Shown: piece by piece, positions 1 to 10,370 of the stretch
How the letters are laid out: each line of letters opens with the position of its first letter
How positions within the stretch are numbered: position 1 is the first letter of the stretch
Assembly: GCA_021790195.1 (NCBI GenBank)
Contig: JAJYIF010000003.1
Location: 4,459-68,458, forward strand
DNA length: 64,000 bases
Direction: 5' to 3'
Origin: Nitrospirota bacterium
Lineage (GTDB): Bacteria; Nitrospirota; Thermodesulfovibrionia; Thermodesulfovibrionales; UBA9159
Program-made: the position numbers and the translations under genes
Notes under the pieces: model-generated
What the model saw: the letters and a program-made list of their open reading frames with translations, nothing else
Database searches by the model: none
What the model was told of the DNA's origin: nothing

Positions 1-276
1 AAGCACCTTTCCTCCGCATACGAGCCCTCCATGTCTTTCCGTCAGCTCAAAAGGAATAGTGCGGAGAACGCCGTCACGGATCGCCATCAAGGCGGCCTGA
101 ATGACCTCTGCCTCCAGACATCCTCCTCCGAGTGTCCCCATGATCGAGCCGTCTTCCCTCACGAGCATCTTCGCCCCTTCCTTCTGCGGTGACGATCCGA
201 CTGCCTGAACGATGGTAGCGAGGGCGGAAGACCTGCCTTCTTTCTTGAGTTTGATGATCTCCTCGTAAATTTCCAT
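1..276 (-). CDS. XdhC/CoxI family molybdenum cofactor insertion chaperone (N-terminal part; runs off window)
   Basis: Manual translation from ATG 276: [58 protein letters not shown]...GLVCGG. Typical XdhC N-terminus, directly downstream of the molybdoenzyme genes. Confidence 0.85.
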   Translation of the reverse strand, partial: MEIYEEIIKLKKEGRSSALATIVQAVGSSPQKEGAKMLVREDGSIMGTLGGGCLEAEVIQAALMAIRDGVLRTIPFELTERHGGLVCGGKVL

Positions 277-2448
277 CTATGCCTTCCCCATCGCCTCTTT
301 CACTCTGTCGGGAAGCATAGGGAGGTTCCTTATCCTTATCCCGGTCGCATTGAAAACCGCATTGGCCACTGCAGGCGCTATCGGCGGAAGGCCCGGTTCG
401 CCAGCGCCGCTCTGGGCATCCGTGCTCTTTATGATATGGACCTCTATCTCAGGGACTTCATTCATTCTGATCAAAGGATAGTCGTCGAAGTTGGAAGATT
501 CAACGCCGCCTTTTGAAAAGTTCATCCTCTCCTTCAAGGCAGCGCTCAGCCCCATAATGATCCCGCCTCTCATCTGCGCGGTCAGGATCGCCGGATTGAC
601 AACCGGTCCGCAGTCCACAGCGCAGACTACCCTGTGCACTCTTATTGAGCCGCTCTTCTTATCGACGGACACCTCCGCCACCTGCGCCACATAGGTTCCG
701 AAAGCGAGAACCCAGGAAATGCCTCTGCCTTCGCCTTTCCTGACCGGTTTCGACCATCCTGCCTTCTCAGCCACGGTTTCGAGTACCCGGGACGCCCTTT
801 TGCGCCCCTTGAGAAGCCCGAGACGGAACTCGAGAGGGTCCTTCTTTGCGAGATGGGCCATTTCGTCCACGAAACTTTCGATAGTGAAGCCGTTATGGGA
901 GGCTCCGACGGACCTCCAGAAGCCCACAGGGACAGGAGTGTCTATACGCACATATTCGACTTCAAGGTTCGGCACCTCATATTCGAGGTCCGACAGGCAA
1001 TCCATCGCCGCAGGATCGATATTGTTCTTCATAGCCGCAGGCATGGCCCGCGAGAAGATCGATGGACAAACAATTCTATGAAACCAGGCGACGAGGCGTC
1101 CTTTCTCATCAAGCCCTCCCGCCGCTTTTGTGGAGGTGCCCGGTCTGTAGAAACCGTTCTTCACGTCCTCTTCCCTTTTCCATAAGACCTTTACGGGCTT
1201 GCCTATGACCTTCGATATCTGGACGGCTTCCTCCACAACGTCCACCTCCGACCTTCTACCGAAGCCGCCGCCGAGATATGTGGTATGTACGCTTATCTGC
1301 TCCGGCTTGAGGCCTGTTTCTTTTTCAGTGAGACCGAGCACCGCGGTCTGGAACTGGGTCGGTACCCATATCTCGCACCTGTCTTTTCTGACGCTGGCCG
1401 TGCAATTCATCGGCTCCATTGTCGCGTGATAGAGATACGGCAGGTCAAAAATCATCTCATGCCTTGTCGCGGCCTTCTCAAATGCCTTTTGAAAATCGCC
1501 CGAGCTCTTACCAATAAGCCCTTTCTTTGCGAGATCGGCAGTAAAGGCCTTATCAAGGGTCTCGTTGCTCAGGTTCGGATCGACGCCTTTGTCCCACCTT
1601 ACATTGAGGGCATCCCTGCCTTTCCATGCGGCATCCACCGTGTCGGCACAAACCGCCACTCCGCGAGGGATTGCTACAACAGAATGCACGCCCCGTATCT
1701 TTATGGCAGCGTCCTTGTCGAAGGAAAGGGGCTTGGCCCCATAGGAAGGCGGTCTCGATAATACCGCGTAGAGCATATTCGGGACAAAGGTGTCTATTCC
1801 GTATTTCGCCCGGCCGTTGGTCTTGTCCGGGATATCGAGGCGGGCCATCGGCATCCCGATGAACGTAAACATGCTCTCTTTCTTCAGGCTGGGACTCTGC
1901 GGGACCGGTAGCCTGGAAGCCCTTGAAACGAGTTTACCGAAAGAAAGTTGCTTCTTGCCCGCGGCATATTCCACGACGCCTTTACGGACCTCACATCTGT
2001 CCTCTGCAACGCTCCAGGCCTCTGCTGCTGCCTTCATTAACATCTCGCGGGCGGCCGCGCCTGCGATCCTCAGGGGCTGGCACATATGTTTGATGCTTGT
2101 GCTGCCGCCGGTGAGCTGCCTGCCCCAGGCCGGATCGTTATACTTCTTGTCCGCCGGCGCGACCTTAAGTCTCACCTGTTTCCAGTCTGCGTCGAGCTCA
2201 TCCGCCAGGACCATCGGAAGGGATGTGTATACGCCCTGTCCCATTTCTGATTTGTTGACCACAATGGTCACCAGGTTGTCGGGCGTTATATGCAGCCACA
2301 CGCTTGGGCTGAAGGACGGAGGTTCCTTCCTGACTTCTTCGGCCGAGAGAATTTTGAACCCGGAGGGGGTGGCCATGACCGCTATCGCGAGTCCGGCTCC
2401 GGTCATCGACTTTTTCAGGAACTCACGGCGGGTAATCGTCTTTTTCAT
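277..2448 (-). CDS. Xanthine dehydrogenase family molybdopterin-binding subunit (isoquinoline 1-oxidoreductase beta-like), Tat-exported
   Basis: Twin-arginine signal TRREFLK; motifs EMGQG, GGGFGRR, WRSV, GAGEPG. Start moved to MKKTITRR at 2448. Confidence 0.9.
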   Translation of the reverse strand: MKKTITRREFLKKSMTGAGLAIAVMATPSGFKILSAEEVRKEPPSFSPSVWLHITPDNLVTIVVNKSEMGQGVYTSLPMVLADELDADWKQVRLKVAPADKKYNDPAWGRQLTGGSTSIKHMCQPLRIAGAAAREMLMKAAAEAWSVAEDRCEVRKGVVEYAAGKKQLSFGKLVSRASRLPVPQSPSLKKESMFTFIGMPMARLDIPDKTNGRAKYGIDTFVPNMLYAVLSRPPSYGAKPLSFDKDAAIKIRGVHSVVAIPRGVAVCADTVDAAWKGRDALNVRWDKGVDPNLSNETLDKAFTADLAKKGLIGKSSGDFQKAFEKAATRHEMIFDLPYLYHATMEPMNCTASVRKDRCEIWVPTQFQTAVLGLTEKETGLKPEQISVHTTYLGGGFGRRSEVDVVEEAVQISKVIGKPVKVLWKREEDVKNGFYRPGTSTKAAGGLDEKGRLVAWFHRIVCPSIFSRAMPAAMKNNIDPAAMDCLSDLEYEVPNLEVEYVRIDTPVPVGFWRSVGASHNGFTIESFVDEMAHLAKKDPLEFRLGLLKGRKRASRVLETVAEKAGWSKPVRKGEGRGISWVLAFGTYVAQVAEVSVDKKSGSIRVHRVVCAVDCGPVVNPAILTAQMRGGIIMGLSAALKERMNFSKGGVESSNFDDYPLIRMNEVPEIEVHIIKSTDAQSGAGEPGLPPIAPAVANAVFNATGIRIRNLPMLPDRVKEAMGKA

Positions 2449-2450
2449 GA

Positions 2451-2900
2451 CTATTTCCCTCCCCTGGCCGCAAGCTTGATCGCGCTCTTGATGTACGGAT
2501 AGGTGCCGCACCGGCAGAGGTTGCCGTTCATGGCGCTTACGATCTCTTCATCTGTCGGGTCCGGCTTCTCCGAGATAAAGGCGATAGCCTGCATGATCTG
2601 GCCGGGCTGACAATATCCGCATTGCGGGACCTGCTCCTTTATCCAGGCCTTCTTTACGGGGTGGTCTTCCGGAATCCCCTCGATGGTGGTGATCTTCTTG
2701 CCCTGGGCGTCTCCTGCGGATATCTGGCACGACCTCTGGGCCTTGCCGTCGATATGGACAGTGCAGGAACCGCACATGCCGATGCCGCAGCCGTACTTGG
2801 TCCCGGTGAGTTTCAGGTATTCTCGTATGACCCATAAGAGCGGTACGTCCGGGGTCACGTCCACTTTATGAGATTTGCCGTTTATTATCAGAGAAATCAT
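2451..2900 (-). CDS. (2Fe-2S)-binding subunit (IorA-like)
   Basis: Motifs [27 protein letters not shown]. Confidence 0.92.
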   Translation of the reverse strand: MISLIINGKSHKVDVTPDVPLLWVIREYLKLTGTKYGCGIGMCGSCTVHIDGKAQRSCQISAGDAQGKKITTIEGIPEDHPVKKAWIKEQVPQCGYCQPGQIMQAIAFISEKPDPTDEEIVSAMNGNLCRCGTYPYIKSAIKLAARGGK

Positions 2901-3019
2901 GACAAGCCTCCTGTCCAGGCGAAAAGGGTTTTTATTTCACATTATAGATGCCTGAAAAGGCTTGTCAACGGCGGCAAGCTCTGCTTCTTACAAACGACGA
3001 AAAACGCTGCCTGCGGGAG

Positions 3020-3517
3020 CTATCTGTAATTCGTAAACTGGATGTGTATCCCGAAGTCCTTTTCCTTCAGTTTGGCGATGATAGCCTGGAGGTCGTCTAT
3101 CTTCTTTGCCCTTACGCGGACCTGGTCCTTCTGTATCTCGGCATTGACCTTGAGTTTCAGGTCTTTAATGAGCTTTACGATCTCCTTCGCCTTTTCCTGC
3201 GGGATCCCCTGTTGAAGGGTTATGACCTGACGCACGGTATTCCCCGCGGCCTGTTCAACTTTGCCGTATGTCAATGCCTTCAGCGCGATCCCGCGCTTGA
3301 TGAGCTTTGACTGCAATATATCGATGACGCTCTTGAGCTTATACTCGTCATCTGAAATGAGCGTTATAGTGCCCTTGGCCTTGTCGAACTCGATGCTGCT
3401 CTTGCTGCCCTTGAAATCAAAGCGCTGGCTTATCTCTTTTGTCGCCTGGTTCTCGGCGTTCAACACCTCCTGCATGTCCACTTCGCACGTAATATCGAAA
3501 GAATGCTCGTCTGCCAT
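3020..3517 (-). CDS. yajQ: YajQ family nucleotide/c-di-GMP-binding protein
   Basis: Motifs SFDI..EVD, RFDFKGS, QVRV.KK.DDLQ, QFTNYR; RBS GGAGG. Confidence 0.92.
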   Translation of the reverse strand: MADEHSFDITCEVDMQEVLNAENQATKEISQRFDFKGSKSSIEFDKAKGTITLISDDEYKLKSVIDILQSKLIKRGIALKALTYGKVEQAAGNTVRQVITLQQGIPQEKAKEIVKLIKDLKLKVNAEIQKDQVRVRAKKIDDLQAIIAKLKEKDFGIHIQFTNYR

Positions 3518-3825
3518 CTGCCACCTCCGGTTTTCTCTGATGTCAACAAGTCGGAATTAAACGCACATTGATCCCCTCGCCCCGCTTAGCGTATGAGCGG
3601 AAAGGGTTCTCCCTTAGGCTAAGGAGGCAAATCCGCTGCGCCTTAGATTATACGCCGCGAGAAGGTAAAAATCCATAAGATTCGCCCCTCGCCGGCCGTG
3701 AAAAAAGCACCGTTTTTCTTGACCATCGCGGTCTCAATACTTATACTTGTAAAAGACAAGATGAGTATGACTGCTTATTTCAGGAATGCTGCATCCGGAT
3801 GGATTTCCGGAGCGGGGAACTCAGA

Positions 3826-4857
3826 ATGAATCCGGATATTAAACGGTTCGTTCTGCCCGTTGTCGTAGCCTTGGTGTCTTCGTTTGTCCTCTTTGTCCTG
3901 AGAAGCTTCTCCTTCGGCTTGCTTCGAAGGTGGTCGGAGAAGAGCGAGGAAAAGATAGGGGCCATCGTAATAGATACTTTCAGGACGCCGTCTTTTTACT
4001 TATGTATTGCGATCGGCCTTCATAGCGGCCTTTCCACGTCTGAGCTGCCGGCAAGGTATGTCTTCTACCTGACGAAGGTCATTCATGTGGTAGTGATATT
4101 TTCGATCACTTATGCCTGCGCGAATCTGTCGGGCGATATCTTCAGGAATTACATACAGAAATCAAACCTGCCGATCCCCCCGACCGGCTTGGCCTACGGC
4201 ATAGTGAAAGGGGCCGTCTTCGCGGTAGGCTTCCTGATCATCCTTGGCGCGCTCGGCATTGCCATCGCCCCGCTTCTGACAGCACTCGGCGTCGGGGGAC
4301 TTGCCGTGGCCCTCGCCCTGAAGGATTCACTCGAGAATCTTTTTGCCGGAATTCATATATTGATGGAGAGGTCCGTGAGGATCGGTGATCTGATCAGGCT
4401 TGAGACGGGTCAGGAGGGCCGCGTCGAGGACATTACCTGGAGGACTACAAGGATAAGGGTGCTTTCGAACAACATGGTGATCATTCCGAACAGCAAACTT
4501 GCCCAGAGCATTGTCACAAACTACTATCTTCCCGACAAGACGATCTTCATCGGCATTGCCGTTGCGGTCGGTTACGAGTCCGACGTAGAGAAGGCGGAAA
4601 AGGCGATTGCCGAGGAGGCGCGGAAGGCGGTGGGAGAGGTCGCCGGGCTTTTGGGCGAGCCGGAGCCGTCCGTAACGATGACTTCGGGTTACAAAGAGGG
4701 CGCCATTGAGTTCACGGTAGGTTGCAATGTGAGCGAATATACCGAGCAATACTCCGTACAGGATGAACTCAGGAGAAGGATATTGAAGAGGCTCAGGGAC
4801 GAGGGGATAGCGGTCCCCCTGCCGGCGAGAGCGGTTTATATAAAGAAAGATATATAG
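3826..4857 (+). CDS. Small-conductance mechanosensitive channel (MscS family)
   Basis: TM helices; LGVGGLAVALALKDSLENLFAG and G.VEDITWRTTRIR..N..VIIPNS motifs. Confidence 0.9.
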   Translation: MNPDIKRFVLPVVVALVSSFVLFVLRSFSFGLLRRWSEKSEEKIGAIVIDTFRTPSFYLCIAIGLHSGLSTSELPARYVFYLTKVIHVVVIFSITYACANLSGDIFRNYIQKSNLPIPPTGLAYGIVKGAVFAVGFLIILGALGIAIAPLLTALGVGGLAVALALKDSLENLFAGIHILMERSVRIGDLIRLETGQEGRVEDITWRTTRIRVLSNNMVIIPNSKLAQSIVTNYYLPDKTIFIGIAVAVGYESDVEKAEKAIAEEARKAVGEVAGLLGEPEPSVTMTSGYKEGAIEFTVGCNVSEYTEQYSVQDELRRRILKRLRDEGIAVPLPARAVYIKKDI

Positions 4858-4873
4858 CGTCGAGGAGGTAGGC

Positions 4874-6094
4874 ATGCAGCCAAAGATTCTTGCCTTTGTC
4901 TTAGCGGGAGGGAAGGGTGAACGGCTTTTTCCGCTCACGGCTTTCCGTTCCAAACCCTCTGTCCCTTTCGGAGGCAGATACAGGATAGCAGATTTCGTTC
5001 TGAGCAATCTCATCAATTCGCAGATCTACTCGATCTATCTGCTGGTACAGTATAAGTCGCAATCCCTAATCGAGCATGTCAGGCGTAACTGGGTGCTCTC
5101 GCCGGTCATAAAGGACCATTTTGTGGCGGTAGTGCCGCCCCAGATGCGCATGGGACCCGAATGGTTCCAGGGTACTGCGGATGCGGTTTTCCAGAATATG
5201 ACTATTATTAAGGAGCATAACCCCGGATTGGTGGCCGTCTTCGGCGCCGACCACATCTACAGAATGGATATCCGCCAGATGGTCAACTTTCACTTGGAGA
5301 AAGACGCCCTTGTCACAGTGGCTGCGCGGCCTGTACCGATAGAACAGGCATCCGCTTTCGGAGTCATCATGAGCGACAGCGAAAACAGGATCGTCGGTTT
5401 TCAGGAAAAGCCCAGGAAACCCTTGCCGATGCCGAACGATCCCGGGCGCGCCTACGTCTCTATGGGGAATTACATCTTCAACCGGGATGTGCTGCTGGAC
5501 GCCCTTGCGAGGGCGCAGAGGAAGAAGCAGCACGATTTCGGGGCACATGTCATACCGGACCTTGTAGCGAGCGAGCGCGTCTTCGCATATGATTTCGGGA
5601 CGAACGTCATCCCCGGGATCAAGTCGTACGAAGAAAAAGGGTACTGGAGGGACGTGGGTACCATCTCTGCATTTTTTGAGGCTCAAATGAATATGCTCGG
5701 CGATTCGCCCCTCTTCGAACTGGACAACTCCGAATGGCCCATACACCCATCGAATTATGAGGGGCCCTCATCGAAGATCCTGAGGGGCACTATACGAAAC
5801 TCCATCATTGCCGAGGGCACGGTCATTCACAAGGCAAGGATCAGCAACTCCGTGATCCGGAGCGGTGTGGTGATCGAGAACGACGTGAGCGTGGAGGATT
5901 GCATCATCATGGACCAATCCGTGCTGAAGAAAGGCTGCCGCCTGCGCAAGGTCATAGTGGACAAGTATAACGTGATAAAGGAGGGCGAGAGCCTCGGCTT
6001 CGATCCCGACAAGGACCATTTGTCCTGTCATATTGATCCGTCGGGGATCGCCATCCTTCCAAGGGGCGGGCGTCCGCAGAAAGGCGCGAGATGA
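4874..6094 (+). CDS. glgC: Glucose-1-phosphate adenylyltransferase
   Basis: Motifs LAGGKGERLFPLT..RSKPSVPFGGRYR, GTADAV, FQEKP, SMGNYIF, YWRDVGT. Confidence 0.95.
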   Translation: MQPKILAFVLAGGKGERLFPLTAFRSKPSVPFGGRYRIADFVLSNLINSQIYSIYLLVQYKSQSLIEHVRRNWVLSPVIKDHFVAVVPPQMRMGPEWFQGTADAVFQNMTIIKEHNPGLVAVFGADHIYRMDIRQMVNFHLEKDALVTVAARPVPIEQASAFGVIMSDSENRIVGFQEKPRKPLPMPNDPGRAYVSMGNYIFNRDVLLDALARAQRKKQHDFGAHVIPDLVASERVFAYDFGTNVIPGIKSYEEKGYWRDVGTISAFFEAQMNMLGDSPLFELDNSEWPIHPSNYEGPSSKILRGTIRNSIIAEGTVIHKARISNSVIRSGVVIENDVSVEDCIIMDQSVLKKGCRLRKVIVDKYNVIKEGESLGFDPDKDHLSCHIDPSGIAILPRGGRPQKGAR

Positions 6095-6274
6095 GGCAGC
6101 TGTTTTATTAAGAGAATTTAAGAGTATAAATAGTTTACGATGTTAGCGTTTATATCTTCATGAAGACATTTAAGCAAGACTTAATGTTTAAAGATCTACT
6201 TTAGGTTGATGTCTCGCAGCTTAAGTGTGTGAATTGATTGCTAATGCGGTTGATTTCAGTTAAACTATTTTCTC

Positions 6275-6664
6275 ATGTCGGACTTTAGTATCCAGAAGAA
6301 GATCTATTACCACGATACGGACTGCGGAGGCGTTGTCTATTACGCTAATTACCTCAAGTATCTCGAAGAGGCCCGCACTGAATTTCTGCTCCTCAGGGGC
6401 ATTGAACTGCCCAAGCTGGCGGAAAGAGATTTGCTGTTCGTCGTGGGGAGGGTAGAAATCGATTATAAGGCGCCGGCCCGATATCAGGACAAGATTGCGA
6501 TTTCAGCGAGGGTTGAGGAGACCAGGTTATCCGCTGTCAGGTTCTATCAGGAAGTCAGCAGAGACGGCCTGCTGCTTGTGACGGCCAGGACAATTCTCGT
6601 CTGCGTGGGCGGCAATTTCAAACCTAAAAAACTTCCGGAAGAAATCAAGTTAAGATTAGAATAA
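6275..6664 (+). CDS. YbgC/FadM family acyl-CoA thioesterase
   Basis: Hot-dog fold motif DTDCGGVVYYANYLKYLEEAR. Confidence 0.88.
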   Translation: MSDFSIQKKIYYHDTDCGGVVYYANYLKYLEEARTEFLLLRGIELPKLAERDLLFVVGRVEIDYKAPARYQDKIAISARVEETRLSAVRFYQEVSRDGLLLVTARTILVCVGGNFKPKKLPEEIKLRLE

Positions 6665-6711
6665 GGTTGTAATAACAGCTTGTTATAAGTCTTTATTTTA
6701 AGTATTACTTT

Positions 6712-6927
6712 ATGTTAAATCAGCTTCAGTTAAGAATAGACGGTCTGGACTGTCCGTGCTGTGCAACAGACACCGCAAGCGTACTTCTTCAGCTCGAAGG
6801 CATCTTGAATGTGAAAGTGGGTTATTCCAACGAGACGATTGCGGTCGAGTATAATCCTGAAGTGACGGACACCGGGCAAATTATATCCGCGCTAAAGCGA
6901 ATAGGCTTCAGAGCAAATATAGTTTGA
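6712..6927 (+). CDS. Heavy-metal-associated (HMA/CopZ-like) domain protein
   Basis: 71 aa; metal loop IDGLDCPCCA. Confidence 0.75.
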   Translation: MLNQLQLRIDGLDCPCCATDTASVLLQLEGILNVKVGYSNETIAVEYNPEVTDTGQIISALKRIGFRANIV

Positions 6928-6933
6928 GTTCCC

Positions 6934-6962
6934 TTGACATAGCCCGATTCATCCGTGATACT
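6934..6962 (+). promoter_or_regulatory. sigma70-type promoter of pgk
   Basis: TTGACA-17 nt-GATACT, 12 nt upstream of ATG 6975. Confidence 0.55.
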
Positions 6963-6974
6963 TTCATTAGATCA

Positions 6975-8288
6975 ATGAAAACCGACAGCCTGAGCCAGGA
7001 ACTTCCCATAATCCAGGATGCCGATCTGAACGGAAAGACCGTCCTTGTCCGCTTCGATCACAACGTTGTGAAAGACGGCGAGATACGCGACCCGTACAGG
7101 ATCGACAGGACTATCGGAACGCTCTTCAACATTGTAGAGAGGGGGGGCAGGCCGGTAATGATGACCCACGTCGGGAGACCAAGGGACAGGAAAACCGGGA
7201 AGATCAGTTGCAGGTCAGAAGAATCCGTTGAGCCGATCATCCAATACCTTGAGCAAAAGCTCCATTCGAAGATACACGTCCCGCGATTTCCCATAGATCC
7301 GGATAAAGGGATTACCGGGATCGACACTTCCATCAACCTTGCGATCCGGGAGCTCAGGGAGCGCAGGATCGGCGGCTTGTATCTGCCCAATACGCGCTGG
7401 TTTCTGGGGGAGGAGGACGAGGGTGAGGCGAGGGAAAATTTCAGTCTGCAGCTCGCGGGACTGGCCGATATCTATATAAATGACGCATTCGGCTCATGGC
7501 AGCCCCATGCGTCGACCTACGACATCACGAGGCATCTTCCTTCTTACGCCGGGTTCCTGATGCAGCAGGAGATCATCAATCTCAGCACCGTACTCAATCC
7601 CGACAGGCCCTTTGTTGCGGTCGTGGCCGGAGCAAAGTATGACACAAAGATACGGCCTCTTTATGCCATTTACGAAAAGGCCGACCGTCTTATCCTGGGA
7701 GGGGTGATCTATAATACCTATCTCTGCGCGAAATACAATGTAAGGATAAAGGGCGTCGGAGATGAAGACATCGGTCTTGCGAGGGAACTGGTAGAGAAGG
7801 ACAGGACTCGCGGCAAGATCGTGGAGCTTCCTTATATCGTCGAGTCGGACGTCATAGAGGGCCGCATCGGGGGCAAATACAGGACCCTGTCCGTGAGAGA
7901 CCTGAAGCCCGGCAATTCATACGGCTACATTCTCGATATCGATGCGAGATCTTTTGAGGACGCCGCGGTTGCTGAGGTCATAGGCAAGGCCAGGACTACC
8001 TTTGTCAATGCAGTGATGGGTTTTACTCCTCACTTTACCGAGGGTTCTGAGGCCCTCGACAATGCCATCGACCGCAACACAGAGGCCACCAAGATGTACG
8101 GAGGCGGTGATACGCTCCAGGAGTTCAAAAACCTCTGCCCCGGCCTGTACCTGTCGGTCATGGACAATGCAAAGTACTATTTCTTCACTGGAGGCGGGAC
8201 TGTCCTGACCGCGATAGAGCAGGGCAGCCCGTATGGCCTCAAGCCCGTACAGGCGCTCATGGAGTCGAAGAAGAGGATGGGCAAATAA
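6975..8288 (+). CDS. pgk: Phosphoglycerate kinase (divergent type)
   Basis: Motifs VLVRFDHNV, THVGRP, YINDAFG, GAKYDTKI, GGGDT, TGGG. Confidence 0.88.
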   Translation: MKTDSLSQELPIIQDADLNGKTVLVRFDHNVVKDGEIRDPYRIDRTIGTLFNIVERGGRPVMMTHVGRPRDRKTGKISCRSEESVEPIIQYLEQKLHSKIHVPRFPIDPDKGITGIDTSINLAIRELRERRIGGLYLPNTRWFLGEEDEGEARENFSLQLAGLADIYINDAFGSWQPHASTYDITRHLPSYAGFLMQQEIINLSTVLNPDRPFVAVVAGAKYDTKIRPLYAIYEKADRLILGGVIYNTYLCAKYNVRIKGVGDEDIGLARELVEKDRTRGKIVELPYIVESDVIEGRIGGKYRTLSVRDLKPGNSYGYILDIDARSFEDAAVAEVIGKARTTFVNAVMGFTPHFTEGSEALDNAIDRNTEATKMYGGGDTLQEFKNLCPGLYLSVMDNAKYYFFTGGGTVLTAIEQGSPYGLKPVQALMESKKRMGK

Positions 8289-8304
8289 CGACGCCCTGAC
8301 CGTC

Positions 8305-8409
8305 ATGCCTTCTTACAAAGGCTCGACCATAAGAGGCGGCTTCGGCCATGCCTTCAAGAAAGTCGTTTGCGCCACAAAGCATGGATCGTCTCCGATAAAA
8401 GCGAATTGA
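8305..8409 (+). pseudogene. Fragment resembling the N-terminus of a Cas6 (RAMP) crRNA-processing endonuclease
   Basis: Manual translation MPSYKGSTIRGGFGHAFKKVVCATKHGSSPIKAN*, which fits the LPxYxGSxLRGxFGxAF(K/R)xxVC pattern of Cas6 N-termini. No CRISPR array in the window. Confidence 0.6.
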
Positions 8410-8434
8410 CAATTCCTTATCCTATATTTACAAT
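8406..8434 (+). promoter_or_regulatory. sigma70 promoter of the BrnT/BrnA operon (probably leaderless)
   Basis: TTGACA-17 nt-TACAAT; the ATG lies 7 nt after the -10 box and has no SD. Confidence 0.7.
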
Positions 8435-8440
8435 GTAGTT

Positions 8441-8728
8441 ATGAAGCACCTTCGCTTCGAGTGTGATCCCCGCAAGAGTCTTGAAAACCAGAGGAAACAC
8501 GACGTTTCATTCGAAGAAGCACAGGCTGTTTTCCTTGACGAGAATGCCTTGATGATCCATGACCCCGATCATTCTGATGACGAAGACCGTTTTGTTCTTC
8601 TTGGATTGAGCGCGAAAATCCGTTTATTGACAGTATGTCACTGTTATCGAGAGAGCGATGAGGTTATCAGAATAATATCTGCGCGGAAGGCAACCCGCAA
8701 CGAACAAAAAAGTTATTGGGAAAGGTGA
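8441..8728 (+). CDS. BrnT family type II toxin
   Basis: FE.D..K...N..KH.VSFEEA, EDRFVLLG, IRIISARKAT. Confidence 0.9.
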   Translation: MKHLRFECDPRKSLENQRKHDVSFEEAQAVFLDENALMIHDPDHSDDEDRFVLLGLSAKIRLLTVCHCYRESDEVIRIISARKATRNEQKSYWER

Positions 8729-8949
8729 TGAATATGAGAAGAGAATATGACTTTTCAAAAGCGGTGAAGAATCCCTATGCCGGTCGGCTTAAGCGGCAAG
8801 TAACTCTCAGAATGGACGAAGGCACCATCAGCTATTTTAAGGAACTCGCACAGGAGGCCGGTATCCCTTATCAGACGCTCATCAATCTTTATCTTCGAGA
8901 TTGCGCCGCGTCGCGCAAGAAACTCGCGCTGCGCTGGAAGGCCGCATGA
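8728..8949 (+). CDS. BrnA/CopG-like antitoxin
   Basis: EYDFSK..KNPY, VTLRMD, IPYQTLINLYL; TGATG overlap with the toxin. Confidence 0.88.
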   Translation: MNMRREYDFSKAVKNPYAGRLKRQVTLRMDEGTISYFKELAQEAGIPYQTLINLYLRDCAASRKKLALRWKAA

Positions 8950-9053
8950 CGAGGTCTATCGGTGACAGAATAAATTTGAATGACTGAAAAGATGTCGGCG
9001 TTCAAATAAGTCCCGCGTTACGATAAAATATCAGAAATCATGGACGGTGATAT

Positions 9054-9440
9054 ATGTCTTATCTGATCTTGCGTATAATGATCAACGCCCTTTCCATTGT
9101 AGTGGCCGTTAAGCTTGTGGACGGTCTGAGCTTCACCGGCGAGTGGTGGAAGATGATCATCGTAGGGGCCGTCTTCGGGATTGTCAATTCTGTCATAAAG
9201 CCTGTAGTAAAGCTTTTTTCGATTCCTTTTATAATACTCACGCTAGGTCTCTTTACTCTCCTCATCAACACCCTCATGCTCGCCCTGACCGCCTCGCTTT
9301 CGGACACGTTTCATCTCGGGTTCCATATAAGTGGATTCTGGGCCGCGTTCCGTGGCGCAATAATCGTGAGCATAGTGAGCATGCTCCTTTCGTGGATCAC
9401 AGGCATGAGGCAGATCAGGTTCTACAGAAATAGAGAATAA
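9054..9440 (+). CDS. YvlD-like 4-TM membrane protein (phage holin family annotation)
   Basis: GIVNSVIKPV...P..ILTLGLF.L.IN pattern. Confidence 0.8.
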   Translation: MSYLILRIMINALSIVVAVKLVDGLSFTGEWWKMIIVGAVFGIVNSVIKPVVKLFSIPFIILTLGLFTLLINTLMLALTASLSDTFHLGFHISGFWAAFRGAIIVSIVSMLLSWITGMRQIRFYRNRE

Positions 9441-9516
9441 GGAAAGGCTCAGGCAAGGGCTAATATTAAGTAGATAGTCTCTTCCTATAATCTGAATCCT
9501 ACGCTTAAACTTCTCA

Positions 9517-10359
9517 ATGGATATCGAAGACAAGATAAAGGCCGCGCAGACCGCCCCGTCCGAAGAGCTAAGGAGACTGGTCTGGGAGCGCCATCCGGAT
9601 ATCCTCATGAACGCGACTCTCAACGCAAACCTCACCGAGGACATGGCTATACTTATCGCGAGGAATTCGAGCGCTTCTCCCGAGACCCTCGGCTTTCTCG
9701 CCGGGGACGTCAGGTTTAAGGACAGTTATAACCTGAAGCTTGCGATTTGCAGGAACCCCAGGACCCCCCAGCGGGTGACTTTCTCTCTCCTGAAATTTCT
9801 CAGGACATTCGACATTTCAGATCTCACGAAAGATCAGCGCATTCCGATCAACGTCAGGCAGAAGATCGAGCAGTCTCTCACGGAAAAGATACCTTCCATG
9901 CCGGGCGGTGTCAAGACCGCCCTTGCGAGAAGGGCGAATACCGCCATCGTGGCGGAGCTCATGCAAAAAGGCGACGAGAGAGTGATCAAAGCGTGTCTTG
10001 AAGGCCCGGTGCTGACCGAAGGCATCATCTGCGGCATTATCAACGCGAAAGCGACAAAACCGGCTGTTATCAGGTTGGTCGCCGAGCATCCAAAATGGTC
10101 TTTGCGTTATGCCGTGAAGTTCGCCCTCATAAGAAACTTCAATACGCCGCTTGTCCGGGCGGCGCGATTCATAGGGGAGATGAAGACTTCGGACTTGAAG
10201 GAGCTCTACGCCGACCCGAAGGTGCCGGCATCCACAAAGCCGTTCATATTCAGAGAACTCCTCGAAAGAGACGAAACCCCCGAGCAGGCCGGGGAGGAGA
10301 CATACGAGTTAGGCGAAGACGAATCCCTCGGCTCAGATACAGGAGACAATACGAAATGA
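9517..10359 (+). CDS. Helical-repeat (HEAT/LRV-like) hypothetical protein
   Basis: Repeated LA.NP.TP-type helical units; acidic tail. Confidence 0.6.
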   Translation: MDIEDKIKAAQTAPSEELRRLVWERHPDILMNATLNANLTEDMAILIARNSSASPETLGFLAGDVRFKDSYNLKLAICRNPRTPQRVTFSLLKFLRTFDISDLTKDQRIPINVRQKIEQSLTEKIPSMPGGVKTALARRANTAIVAELMQKGDERVIKACLEGPVLTEGIICGIINAKATKPAVIRLVAEHPKWSLRYAVKFALIRNFNTPLVRAARFIGEMKTSDLKELYADPKVPASTKPFIFRELLERDETPEQAGEETYELGEDESLGSDTGDNTK

Positions 10360-10370
10360 TAAAATATTAA

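Noticed and set aside
8289-9050. CRISPR array near the cas6 fragment
   Set aside because: No regularly spaced direct repeats were seen here or elsewhere in the window.
9054-9440. Prophage suggested by the 'phage holin family' protein
   Set aside because: This is a common chromosomal membrane protein family and there are no phage genes nearby.
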